Translations under genes and position numbers: made by a program | Shown here: positions 33,189 through 45,400 of the stretch, one piece after another | Layout of the letters: each line of letters begins with the position of its first letter | Position numbering within the stretch: position 1 is the first letter of the stretch | The notes under the pieces: model-generated | Databases searched by the model: none | Seen by the model: the letters and a program-made list of their open reading frames with translations, nothing else | Told to the model about the DNA's origin: nothing | Assembly (NCBI GenBank): GCA_014728075.1 | Contig: WJMG01000019.1 | Span: forward strand, 1 to 60,060 | Source: Candidatus Omnitrophota bacterium | GTDB lineage: Bacteria; Omnitrophota; Gorgyraeia; Tantalellales; Tantalellaceae | Length of the DNA stretch: 60,060 nt | Direction of reading: 5' to 3'

Positions 33189-33192
33189 GATA

Positions 33193-33199
33193 CCTTCCT
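33193..33199 (-). promoter_or_regulatory. Shine-Dalgarno-like element of the downstream giant ORF
   Basis: The minus strand reads gcAGGAAGGtatcATG. Spacing is short (4 nt from the last G). Confidence 0.55.
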
Positions 33200-33248
33200 G
33201 CTTTTCCGCAAATAAGCATGCTTTCTTTTATCCTAACTAATCAACTAT

Positions 33249-33278
33249 AGTATATCATATAAATGGCAGGGACAACAA
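33249..33278 (-). promoter_or_regulatory. candidate sigma70-like promoter (extended -10) for the downstream giant ORF
   Basis: The minus strand reads TTGTTG - 18 nt - TATACT, with TG one nt upstream of the -10 (TGATATACT). It lies in the AT-rich spacer ~60 nt upstream of the ATG. This is pattern only; the consensus for this organism is unknown. Confidence 0.25.
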
Positions 33279-33474
33279 ATAATATCTTAAACTTTTTTAA
33301 ACTTTAACAAAAGTGTTTATTTTGTTATATTATTAATAATACTTCCTTATTTTTCGCCTATCGTCCAAATAGGCTGTATTTCGAAGGACCGGGATATATT
33401 TTTGCTTTTAATTCTTTACTTATAAGTACTTACAAAAACAACCAAACTCCGGGGCCTTCTTCGGGCTTCACCGG

Positions 33475-36400
33475 TTACAGAGATACCGACACCTGGATGA
33501 CAGATTCGATATAACGCCTTATCTCTTCCATATCTATACGCGTGATCTTTACTATGCTGTCAACCAGTCCGCTCAGGGCCCGCTCAAAGCTTTCCGGCAC
33601 CTTCCAGTTTACAGCGGTGACCACCGGCTTACCGCTTTCCGACACGGCTCTTTTAAGCAGGCTTCCGGCCAGAAGGGAAGGCAGCATACCGTTCACTTTT
33701 CTGTTCTCCCCGGGGTCGTCGGAAGGTTCACCGGTTATCACGAATCCCGCGCTTTCCACACGATGCCGCCGTATGTGGTCCATTACCCCGCCCGCCCGGG
33801 CCTGGCCGGTAGCGAGAGCTATCGAGGAAAGCTTTATCTGTCCGAGGCCCGGAAGCCCTCTCATGAACTCATGAGCGTGCAGAGCTATATCCTTTCCCCT
33901 CTCCGGCGGCGGGATCACCACGATATCCGTACCGCTGAAATAGCTCCTCATCTTTTCCACTTCGCTGTCGTCAGGTATAACGGCTACCCGGAGGGTTTTC
34001 TTCGCGGCAAGGTTCCTGAGGCCTTCAGCCATGTCCATGGCGCTGATGCCCGCTCCCTTCCTCACATCGACTACAATGGACTGCGGGGCCTCGATGGAAC
34101 GAGCGCCCGAGAGCCTCGAGATCTCCCCGGCGACGCTGTCCTCAAGATACTGTTCGGCCGCGCTCATGTCGGCTTCCCTCATCCTTTCCGTCAGAGCTTC
34201 GTCCGCCGAAACGAACTCAAAAAGCCGCGAAAAAAGCTCCTCCCTTCCGGCTTTGCCCAGCCGGGCGCTTTCCATCGCGGCCTTTCTGGCCGGACCCCGC
34301 TCCACGCTTTCTTCCGCCTCAAGTATATTGCGGTAAGCCCCGAAAACCGCGTCGATGGAGTTTTCAGGGGCAGTCTCTTCCGGCAGGCTTTCCATGAGCA
34401 CGGCGCTTACTCTTATGACCTCCTGCCTGTCCATGTCCGCCACTTCCTCCCCGGTAAGGCGCGCTATTCCCGGGTACGCGCGGATAAAAGCCTGGACCCT
34501 GGCCTGCTTGACTATATCGTTTATATTGGACCTTACCTCATCTTCCCCCATATCCACGAAAAGCATCGTTCCCGTCCGGACGGAAGCCTCCATCTCAGCG
34601 TAACTTTCCACCCTTTTAAGCGTAACACCTTCGAACTGGCCCAGAGTTTCCGCGTCCACGCCTTTGACCCCTATGAAGATGTCCGCCGCCTCTTCGCCTT
34701 CTTCCCGCGACGCCGGTTCCGGCCTTCCTCCCGCGCCGAAAGCTCTCAAGGCCCCGAGGTTCGCCGCGAAGTGGAAAATGGCCGCAACGGCGTAGAACCA
34801 CGGGGAAGACCACGGGCTTTCGATCATCAGAGGCAGTATTATACCGTTCACTACCGTAATGAGCGAAGGCGTGAAAATTTCCTCGAAAAAGACGCTCCCG
34901 CCCCTTCTTCCGCTCCCGTGCATCAGGACGAACACCAGCCCGGAGAGCATCTGAGCGGCCACATACCCCGCCAGCAGTCCCTGGCCGTGAAAACCGGAAG
35001 CCGCGAGCATCCCGGCGGCCGCCGCGGGTATTGCCCCGCGGAACAACGCTTCTTCTATAATGGGAGCGTAAAGCAAAGCTACCCTCCAGAAAGGAATGTT
35101 CATTAAAAGGCGGCGAAGGAGACGCGTCACACCCGTACCTTTTCCCTCCACAGGAACGGTCACATCCTCGCCTTCTTCGGCCGCGATGATCTCGTCTATC
35201 TGTCTTCTGATCTTTTGCCTTTCTTCGGGACCCAGTTTCCCCCCCAGAAGCCTTAACTCCTCAAGATCTTCCCGGAACCCTCTCAATCTCCCCCGCAGCT
35301 TGTCCAGGGTATACCGCGCTTTTGCATAAGCTTTTTCGTTATCTCCCTTATCTGCAGCCAGTTCTATGTAAACCATAAGTTCGGACAGGCTTTGCCCTGT
35401 ATCGCCGGATTCAAGATAAAGGTCCAGCAGTATTTCGTGCGAAGCCGTATGTTCCGGTGAAGCCTTGACGGCCGCCTCCATGAGGCTTATCTTGCGGTCA
35501 AGGCTCTCCTCGGCGTCCGCCTTCCTCCTGTATTCGATATTAAGGTCCCCGAATACCATTCTCCGGCCTTCTTCCGGAAGTCCCCTCGTCAATATCGCCC
35601 TTTTGAGCCGCGACCCAAGGACATCTCCCCGGGCTATCCTCTTCCTCAGGGCCAGGACACGCAGGTCTTCTTCCATATAAGTTCCTCCCGAGGCGGCTAT
35701 TGCCATATCGGACTCCGCTCTCTTAAAATGCCTTCCGGCGACATTAAGGTAAGCCCTTGACAAAGCCGCGTCCGCCGCGGCGTTCCTTTTGTTTACCTGG
35801 CTGAGGCCATCCAGGGCACTTTCCCTGAAAAGGTATTTTTCGTCAGTCTGGTCGAAATAAGGGAAAACTTGTTCGTTGTACAGCCTGATATCCGACATGA
35901 AAGAAGCTTTGATGTTGCGGGCAAAAACAGCCGCGATGTACGCCTTCCCCGGAGCCCCGTAGTCCCGGGCCTTTTCGAGTACGGCTGAGATGATCTCCGG
36001 CCTTCCGGCCTCGAAAGCCAGCTCCAGGATCACGCCGGCCGCCTCGGGCGTCAAGCTTCCCATTCCTTCTATTTCGGTTTCCGTTATTATCCCGGGGGTC
36101 TTAATGAGGTCGTGGTCCTTCTCCAGAAAGCCCACAAGGTCCCGCTTGTAAGCCTCACCCTTACCCGAAAGATCCTGCTGGTGTAATATCCTGTACAGAC
36201 AATCTTCCATCCGGTCCCTCCGGTAATCCTCTTCCAGCTCTACCATATGAATGGAAGCGAGCTCTCTGAGAACTCTGAGAGAAAAAGGTTCCAGCTCTGC
36301 GGCCTTATCGTACATCTCTATAGCGTTGCGTTCCGCCAGCGCCCGGGCCTTCCCTTCCAGATAAGCGGCTTTCCAGGCATAATACCCGGCAAGGTCCATG

Positions 36401-39400
36401 AACGCCTCGAACCTTTCCGAGGCGTCCTTTATTTCGCTGATCCGGTTCGATATGACCTCTTCGATGTTCTCGAGGTTGAAGTCCTTCTCACCGAAACGCG
36501 TAAAAGCCCTTCTGGCCACCGATATCTCGCGTTTCACCGCAAGGTACGAGGTATCAAAGCCCCTGGAATCCATAAGGGCGATAACGGTCCCCGCGGGCCC
36601 GGTCCTACCGTGTTCAAGGAACTTCAGCACCGCGAACCGCGCGGTTTCCCGGTTCAAGAGGCCTTCCGCAAAAGCCCTTTCCGCGAGAGCGTCGAATCCG
36701 GGGGCTTCCGCCAGGGCCTTCATGACCGCTCCCGCCGTATCCTCCCGCGAAAACTCCGCGCCCTTGCCCGTGTTCTGAGCGTAATATTCCCTGAGCGCGC
36801 GATAGGCTTCCCCGAGCTCCTCCGCCCTGCCGGAAAGAGCCCTCCAGGCCTCGAGAAGTTTTCTCTCCCTCCTGTCGGGATCCTTTTCCTTAAGGAACTT
36901 CTGGCCTTCAACCGCGGCGGCCCTGTCGTTCATATCGTCCACGGCGCGTTTTGCCGGCTCTATTTTCTCCAGAGCGGCGGCCAGCTCCCGGTTCTCAGGC
37001 AAAGCTTTCAAGCCCGCCCGCAGCGTTTCCTCCGCCTTGCTTATATTTCCCTCCGAAACATATATTTCGGATTTTCGGATATAGGCCAGGGCATACCCGG
37101 GATATTTCGCAATAACCCTGTCCAGCCGGTCTTTACGGGCCCTGATGTTTTCGGCTTCCATAGCCAGTTCGACCGAAGCCAGCGACAGCAGCTCTTCCCT
37201 GTTGCTTTCTTCCACCTCGGTGCCTTTTTCCCGCGCTATACCGCGGGCTTTCCTGTAGACCGCGAGTTCATCGAACGCGCTCTCAAGCTCCGCTTCTCCG
37301 ATGCCGAACGGCAGGGCCTCACGAAGCGCTTTTTCCGCGTCTTTCAGGTCCCCCTCGAGCATAAGAAGTCCCGCTATCTCAGTAAGGACATTGAGTTTTG
37401 CGTTGTTGAGAGCGGCCCGGTCAGTGTATTTTCTCCTCACCGCCCTGCCTTCCTCCGCGTAAAGCTCAAGCAAAGCCCTGTAATCGTCAAGAAGCATACG
37501 GCGCAGCGCGGAGGCATTTTCCCGGCCGTAGGCTTCTTTCTCCAGGGCTTTAATGTCCTTTATACGGGCAAGCAGCACCTCTTCACGGCCGCCTTTATAG
37601 TTTTTACGCTCGATGGAAGCCGTCTTAGCGCGGAAAAAGGCTTCTTTATATTCCTTGCCTTCCGCGAGGCCGGGATCCATACGCGCCGCTTTTTCAAGGT
37701 CCTTCAAAGCTCCCGGCGTGTTCCTTCCGGCGCGTCTCAAGCCTCTTTCATAATAAAAGCGGGCGTCTTTTTCGAGGGGATCCACCCTTTTCCTCAGCAT
37801 CTTTGCCCTGGCGAAAAGAAGGGACAGGCGCCTGCCTCTTGCCCTGTACATGACCGCCAGCACCGAAAGCGCCTCGCCGGACCCGGTCTTTTCGTAATAC
37901 TCTTCCATGGCTCTGATGACCTCGTCCGATGATACCCGGTCCAGCATGGAGGCATCCTTTTTCAGGGTCTCCACCAACGCCTTGACCAGTAGTCCCCGGG
38001 CCGGGGGAGAGGTATCTTCGGACGTGAACGCTTCGAGAAAAACGGCTGCCACCCGTTCCACCGCCGCGCGGGAAGCGTTTCTCCTGACCGTATCCATAAA
38101 GGCTCCCGCCTTTCCGAAAGAAGCGGTCTCCGCCATAACTGCCGCTATCTGGACGGCCTCGCTCTCTGAAAGTCGGTAACCGCTGTCGGCCACGGCCTTT
38201 ACCAGACCGTCGATGCTTTGCGCCATCTTATTCTTCATGGACCGGTCGGCGTGAGCTTTCACGGCCGTGTCCAGATAATCCCGTGAAGCCGAAATAAAAT
38301 ATTCCAAGGCCTTCGCTGTTCTATGCCTGTCCAGAAGGCAGGTCGCGATCAGAAGCTTGGCTTCCATCCGCACGGCATAGTTCACGCCCTCGAGCGAAAG
38401 CAGGCTGTTCATCGCCTCGATGGCCTTTCCCGTCTCCCCTGTATTGTAGAGGGCCTTTCCCAGCTCCATAAGGACGCTGTCTTTACCCCGGACTCCGTCA
38501 CCCAACGCGTCCGAAAGAAGCTTCAGCCTCCGGGCATACACTTGCCTGTCCTTGTCCTTGAGCGCTTTGATAACCGCCGATACGGAATATTTCTGTTCGG
38601 CGGGGGTTAACGCGGATATACTTTCGCTCAATTCCCTGAGACTGTTCGAGGACATCTCCCCGAGCGCGGAGGCCATCCGCTCGTCTTCACGCAGAAAAGC
38701 GAGCGCTTCCGCTATTTCGCGTTGGTCCCGCAGATTTTCCGCAAGCCATTGCCGCGCCCCGACCTCCACGGGCACCTTTTCGAAATCTTCGCCGTAAGAC
38801 TCGATATCCCTGAAAAACACAGCTTTTTCCCGGGCACGAGAGGCCCTTTTCCGCGCCTCTTCGACACGCGCTCTGTCCTCAAGGTACTCTTCACGGATCA
38901 TCGCGAGCTTCGAGGCCGCGTTCCGGGCATCCTCGTATCGGCCCGTGGACTCGTAAAGGGAAAATGCCGCCCGGAGAGTTCCCTCTTTTTCTTCGTCGCT
39001 TATACCTTCGGTCCCAAGGGCCTTTTCGTAATATTCCGCGGCTCTTTCGTAATTCCACAGAGCGGTGTGCATCCTGGCCGCGCCGGTGTACGCTTCGTAC
39101 GAGGGACCGTATTCCAGCGCCTTTTCGTAAAGCCCCAGGGCACCCCGCGTATCGTGGTCTTCCGTTCTTTGCGCTTTTTCTGAATACAGCTTCGAAAGGG
39201 CTTTAAGCGCTTTATCCTTGTCGTCCGTCTCCATGTTCTCGTCGGCGATCGCCTCCTCAAGCGATCTTATATGCCGGTCAAGTTCCCGTTCCGTAAAAGG
39301 CCCGGGCTCTGAAACGAAAGCGGTAAGAAGCACCAGCCTCAGGCCGTTGACCTCACGGTACTTTTTAAGCCTGCTTTCCCGCCTCGCGATGTTGCTTACC

Positions 39401-42400
39401 GGCGAAAGCGCCCTTTCGGCTTCTCCGGCAAGATCTTCCGCCGCTGCTTCCACTCCGTCACGCGCGGAAGCGAACACCTCGCTTTTATCTTCGTCTTCGA
39501 GGCTCAGTGCCAGCTCCAGGGCCTTCGCCAGGTCTTCCGCGCGTCTCTCGTATCTCTTCAAGCCACTTTCACGCCTTCCTTTTCTCATACCGCTTCTCTT
39601 AATGTACAGGAGCGCGGCTTTGCCGTTCCAGTAGGCCTTCCTGTCTTCGTCCGAGGAAGAAGCCGATTCGCACAGCTCTATCGCTTTTGTGATGTCGGTG
39701 TATCCGCCCATCATCTCAAAGGTTTCGACCATGCTCTCGAGATCTTCCGGCGATCTCCCTTCAGACCGTGAAGCGCTGTCAAGCAAGCGGCGCGCCCTGG
39801 AAAAGTTACCCGCGCGTGCCTCGGATGCGGCCCGCAGCGCGTCGGTCCTGGCCCCGGAGACCAAAACGCGCCTGTTCGCCCTGAAAAGCTCCGAAGCCAT
39901 GGCGTTACCCCCGTCCGTACCGTAGGAAAGGTAGATAGCGGCAAGCTCAGCGACGGCGTCCGAGGCCCCGTTGGAAGTGAACACCGGCCCGAACTTCTCC
40001 TGACGCTCTTTTTCACGGCCGGAAAAGAAACCTCCGAACCTGGCGGTAAGCAGAAAAAAGCCGTCTGAGGCGTCAATGGCCCTTTCCAGAAGCGCTCTTG
40101 CGCTCTCAACCCTTCCGGATTTCCTGAGTATCCGGGCGTATTTCAGTATATAGCCCCCATCTCTCGGCTTGAGCGAATATCCCTGCCGGGCGTAGGATAC
40201 CGCCGCCGCGTACAAAAGTCCTCTTTTTTCGGGATCTTCTTCCGCCTTCGAGGAATAAATATCGGCAAGTTTGAAACAAAGGTCCGCCGCGGCCGTATTA
40301 TCGTTCAAAGACAGGTACAGTTCCTTGAGCTCCCCGAGGGCTTCTTCGTTCCGCGGAGAAGCCTCCAGAACTTTTTTATAAAGCCTTACGGCTTCGTAAG
40401 GCTTGTCCTGCCGCCTGTACATCCTGGCCCTGTAAAGTGCGGCTTCCGGGGAAGACGGATCGATCTCAAGAGCCCTGTCCAGGTTCTCCACCGCCTCTAC
40501 GGTCTCATCCTTTTCGAACGAAGCGCTCCCTTTTCGGGCAAAAGCCTCCGCTTCGCCGCGGGAAGCGGCTTCCTCGAGTATTTCCGCCCTTTCTTCTTCG
40601 CTTCCGGCGAGGATAAGCCTTCTTTCCAGCCTGCCCGTCTCCTTCCAGATCTCATCACGCTCATCCATCTCCCCGAGGGCCCGGTACATCAGCCCGGTCG
40701 CTTCCCGCAGGTCCTCGCCGGCCACCTCGTATTCCTCTTCACCCGTGGAATACTTCCGCCTGAGCGCGGCGTAAACCTCCTGTCTGAGCGCGTCCCGGTC
40801 CATTCCCCTGAAATCATCCGCCCTTTCTTCGACGCCGCAGACATTGAACATCTCCTCTATCAGTCTTTCCGCGGCCATCGATCTTATTACAGGGTCTCCG
40901 GCTTCTCTCACGGCCCTGAGGCAGAACTCGAAAAGTTCCGGCCCACTTTTATCTTTAAGGAGCGTCTCCATCGCTTCGACGCGTGACAGGCCTTCTACAG
41001 GCACACCCAGGACCTCGAGGCTTTCGCCGCGTCCGGAACCCGTTATGTGCCTTTCAAACTCCTCTTCCGCTCCCCAGGCTCTCAGTATTTCCAGCAGAGC
41101 CTTTCTCATCCCGGCGGACCGGGCGGCGAACTCTTTATCCGGCCTGACCTTTTCCCTTTCCCTCATTGACTCCATCTTCCCTGAAAAAGCGGAAAGCAGC
41201 TTTCTCCTCGGAGCTTCCCGGGAAGTGCCTTTAAGCGCGTTCCTGGCCCCGGAAGCCGCCTCATCATCCTCCGGAGATTCCGCTATGAGATCGAACGCGG
41301 CCCGGTACATCCTCTCCGAGGCTTCTTCGGGTTCCCCGCCGCTTCCGGCAGCCAGAGCGGCCGAATCAATACGGGACTCCCTTCCGGCGTCCAAAAGATC
41401 TTCCGACCTTGTGCGCAGACCCTCGATCTTTTGGCGCTTCTCCTGTATATCACGGACCAGGTCCTCGATCCCGGTTGCCCTGTCCAACCCGTTAAGATCC
41501 TTACGGTATTTATTCTCCGCTTCACTATCTCCCGACGCGGTGGCCTTTTCGATTTCCCCGGTCAGTCTTCTTCTCTCTTCCGCGATCAACGGGTCTTTCT
41601 TCAGAACGCCCGCCTTGCCCTCAAGTTCTTTTATCTCGGATTCGAGACGGGCTATCTCTTCCGACAACTCCTTGCTTTCCCCGGAGGCCTCCGCCCGGGC
41701 GGCCAGGTCCCTCATAATGTCCCTGTCGGTTCCCGCGTGGCTCATAACCTCAAGACGGGAGCGCGTAAAACGACCCAGGGCGAAGATCCTTCTCAGCGCA
41801 GGGTTCGAAGGATCGAGCCTTCGGGCTTCCTCCGCGGCCGCGAAAGCCTTCCGGATGAGGCTTTCGGCTTTCTCCACCTGCTCTTTTCCGCCGATGGCCA
41901 TCCTGGCATCGGCCATCATAAAGCCTCCTTCGGCTTTAGATGCGAACCATTCGGGATCATCCTTCCCGAGTTTTTTCTTTACCCTTTCCAGTTCCGAGGT
42001 CGTCTCTCCCGCCAGGGAAAACACCTCTTCCGGAGAGCCCGGATATTCGGACACTTCGCCTTCTTCGGCCATCGACCGGATCCGCGCCATTTCGGTCCTT
42101 ACGAGCTCGAGCGCGGCCTCCAGTTCCGTCTCCGCTTCCTCCGGTCGCCCGTCCCTCTCCAGGAGCGCGGCCCGGGACCTGCGGGCCCGTACCTTCTCCG
42201 TAAAAATATCTTTCTTTTTCTCGGAGCTGCTTTTCTCTTTTCCCCGCCTGAAGGCCTTAACCCTCGCCGCGAGAGCGGGAAGCCGCTCTTCGTCGATGTC
42301 TATACCGTAATTTTCCGCCAGGGGGGATAAAGCCAGAAGGGCATTGTAAAAAGCTATGACTTGCCTTTCCGAAATTGACGGGTCTTCGGCGGCGCGCCGG

Positions 42401-45400
42401 GACTCTCCGATAATGCCCCGGACCGTCGCTTGGGTAACGAAGCAGTCCTTTTCCCTGAGCACACCCGAAAGGGCCTCGAGAGCGCCCGTTACGGTGTCCT
42501 CTGAAGCGTCTTCCGCTACCGCGCAGGCAAGATATATCTCGATGCGGTCATTATGAGCCAGTGCTTTGAAACCTTCCGCTTTTCCCATGACCAGGAGGAC
42601 CGTTTCCCTTCCCTCGAACGACCGGAGCTGTTCTTTTACGGCGGTCAGCATCTCTCCCCCGGATATACTCCCCATCCAGCCGGCAAGTTCCGCCGCGAGC
42701 CTTTCCCTGTCCTCTCCTTCGCTTTTCTCTATCTCCTCTAATCTCAGCGAGAGATATTTCGCGGCCCATTCGTCTTTTCCGGGAGCGCCTCTTTTCTCTT
42801 TCAACCTTTCCCCGGCGGCTTTCAGGAACAGATCATCGTTGCCACCGTCGCGGTAAAGCGACCGCAACAATATATCCGAAAGGTATTTCTTCTCCGGGTC
42901 CGCTCCAGAAGTCAGACCTTTGCCCAGGATACCCATAGTATCCGATACAACGATATCCCGCGCCGGCCCCTCCACGGCGCCGGTAATACCCAGTATTTTC
43001 CTTGATATGTTCTCCAGCGACATCCCGGGGGCCGGTTCTCCTCTTTCCGACATCTCGACGGCTATCTCGATATATTCGGAGTACATCTTCATAGCCGCCA
43101 TCCTTTCCCACTGGCTTTCTCCGGAAGACAGGGTCTCTATCCTTGCCATTATCCGGCTCATATCGTCTTTTTCGGACCTGCAATACCCCTGTATGAGAGT
43201 GTCCAGAAGCGGAGTGAATTTTTCCCTTATGCGGGCGTCGGTTCCCCTGGCCTCAAGAATACTCAGCAAAAGGCCCATCGCGTTAAGGTACCGTTCTCTT
43301 TTCCGTTCCGGATCATCGCCCGCCATGCTTATGTTCTTCATCAGAAGAGGCCAGAACCCGTCTGCCGCGCGCTCGAGTATGAGAGGGTCCCTTATCATCA
43401 GCACTTTCTCTGCCATGCTGTGCGCCCGTATGTCCATCTCTTTCTTCAGGGACCTTAGTTCGTCGGCGAGTTTTCTTCTTTCGTCCTTCAGCACAAGCCT
43501 TTCCGCCGGGGAAGAAGATGAGCGTATATTCCGGTTCAACACCCCGATCCTTTCCTGCGCGTCGCCGATCTCCGATATTATGTTTTCCATTCGCTCTGCG
43601 TCTTCTCGCACCTCGGCGGAGGCCGGGTATACTCCTTCCGCTTTTTCCGCCAGAGGATGCCGATTGCCCGGCTCCATCTCTTTCCTGAACTGTTCCTTCA
43701 TCTTTTCCGAGTAGAAAGGTATGTCTCCAGCCCGGTCAAGCATCCCCAGCAGCAAAAGAGCGTCTTTGCTCATCTCCGGGGCATGGCGGGACTCCAGGGA
43801 ATGTATATCCCCCGTAAGCGTCTTCACCGCCAGGATGAGGATAAGGCCGTCCGTTTCTGATAGGCCGGCTTCTCCGGCGCTTTCCGCCATCTCTCTTATC
43901 TTCATCCTTAAGGCCCTGATATCGGCCTTTTTACCCTTCTTTATCCTGTTCAGGACAACCAGGACCTCCGAGGCGGCCCCGTCGCCGAGTCCGTTGAGGG
44001 TTCCGTTTCCGGGAATATTTCCTGCGAACATCTCTGCGGCCGCGATCATCCTGTTGAGCCCGTTTACGGCCTCCGCGTCATCGACGATAGAGAGGGTCTT
44101 TTCCATGAGCTCCACGGCCTCCCTGTATTCCCCGTTCACCATAAGGTCCGATGCCAGGGAGTATATCGCCTCAGTATCCGCGGGGTCCCTCTCAACCGCC
44201 GCCCGGTACCTTTCACGGACGGAAGGCCTTTTTTCCTCTCCCTCTTCTATTCGTGGATATCCGATCTCCCCTTTTTCCTCCAGCGCCTCGAGCTCTTCGC
44301 GGGCGCTCTCCGCGCGGGAGGATTCCAGCGAATCGAGCTCCTCGAGCGCCTCAAGGGAAGCGCGCAGAAGCTCTTCGGCCCCGTCAACGGGCACATTAAC
44401 ATCACCTGTCGCTTTGTCCGCCGCCTCGCGCGCCGCGTAAACCCTGCCGGAAAGATATTCGAGCGTTTTCTCCGAACGGGAAGAAGCTTCGGCCCCGGTC
44501 TCTTCGGCGATCCTGGCCTTAAGCACCCTGATCTTCAAGAGCAAGATCCTTCTCTGCACGGGATCGGAGGGGTCAAGAGATTCGACGGCAAAGGGCTCGA
44601 GGATCATCGACGCTTTGCGCGCGTCTCCGCCGTCGAGCGCCTCCTTCGCCAGAAGAAGATCGATCGCGGGAGAAGACGGGTCCTTTTCCCTTATCGCGCC
44701 AAGCACCTCTATATCGACCATGTACCTGATCTTCTTATCGGCTTCCTCTTCACCGGTACGGGTATCCAGCAGGCTCTCGGCAAGCGCCATCAGGTCTTCC
44801 GGGGAGCCCTGTGAAACAAAGAAATCTTTTTTGCGGGACGCGTAGGAATAGGCCTCCTCGATGTTCCCGTCCTCTATATAATGCCGCATGACATAGTTAA
44901 AGGCGCGTATATCGTATGGATCTTCCGAAGCGTACCTGAGCTTGGCCCTGAGGCGTTTTGCCCTCGCCTCCGGATATTCGTAGACCGTTTCGCGGAGCAC
45001 GCCCTCCGTTACGGTCTTCACCGCGCCTGTGATCCCCGCAACGGCGACCAGCGATGTCCCTATGGTACTAACAAGCGCGGTGATAGCGGAGAAAGACCAG
45101 GCCGCCCCGGCTACGGGGTTCAGGACAAATACCGGCACCGCGGCCGCGGCGCCGACGATCATCCACCTCTTGTCCTTCACGAAAAGGGCCTTGAGATCGA
45201 AAGCCGCGGAAAGTTTTTCCTTGAATTCGGGAGAGAGACCCATGAGCTTGTTGAGCAAAGTGGCCGCGATGAAAGCAGGGACCATCGCCCATCCGAATGA
45301 AACCCCGAAAAGCACGGTAACAGCGCCGGCTATGGAAGAGGTCATGGCGAAGACCAGCATGGACCCTCCCGCTCCCATAAGGGATCTGATGGAAAACGCT

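Noticed and set aside
33381-33400. ccgggata octamer in the intergenic spacer resembling half of a REP unit.
   Set aside because: It is a single half-site with no inverted partner and no flanking array sequence, so it is compatible with chance in 286 nt.
33440-33474. Possible terminator hairpin right after the stop of the upstream giant (minus strand CCGGUGAAGCCCGAAGAAGGCCCCGG followed by AGUUUGGUUGUUUUUG).
   Set aside because: Only 3-4-bp stems can be drawn (CCGG/CCGG closing an 18-nt loop, GCC/GGC inside). The U-rich tail alone is not enough. At most it is a leaky terminator.
36247-37932. 561-aa plus-strand ORF, with others (40844..42310, 41431..42330, 43721..44440, 48448..49671, 52004..53683, 58192..59319), antisense to the upstream giant.
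   Set aside because: Same reasoning. These are S/P/R/A-rich translations without domain signatures, fully nested in a frame that carries kinase/SecA/TPR motifs.
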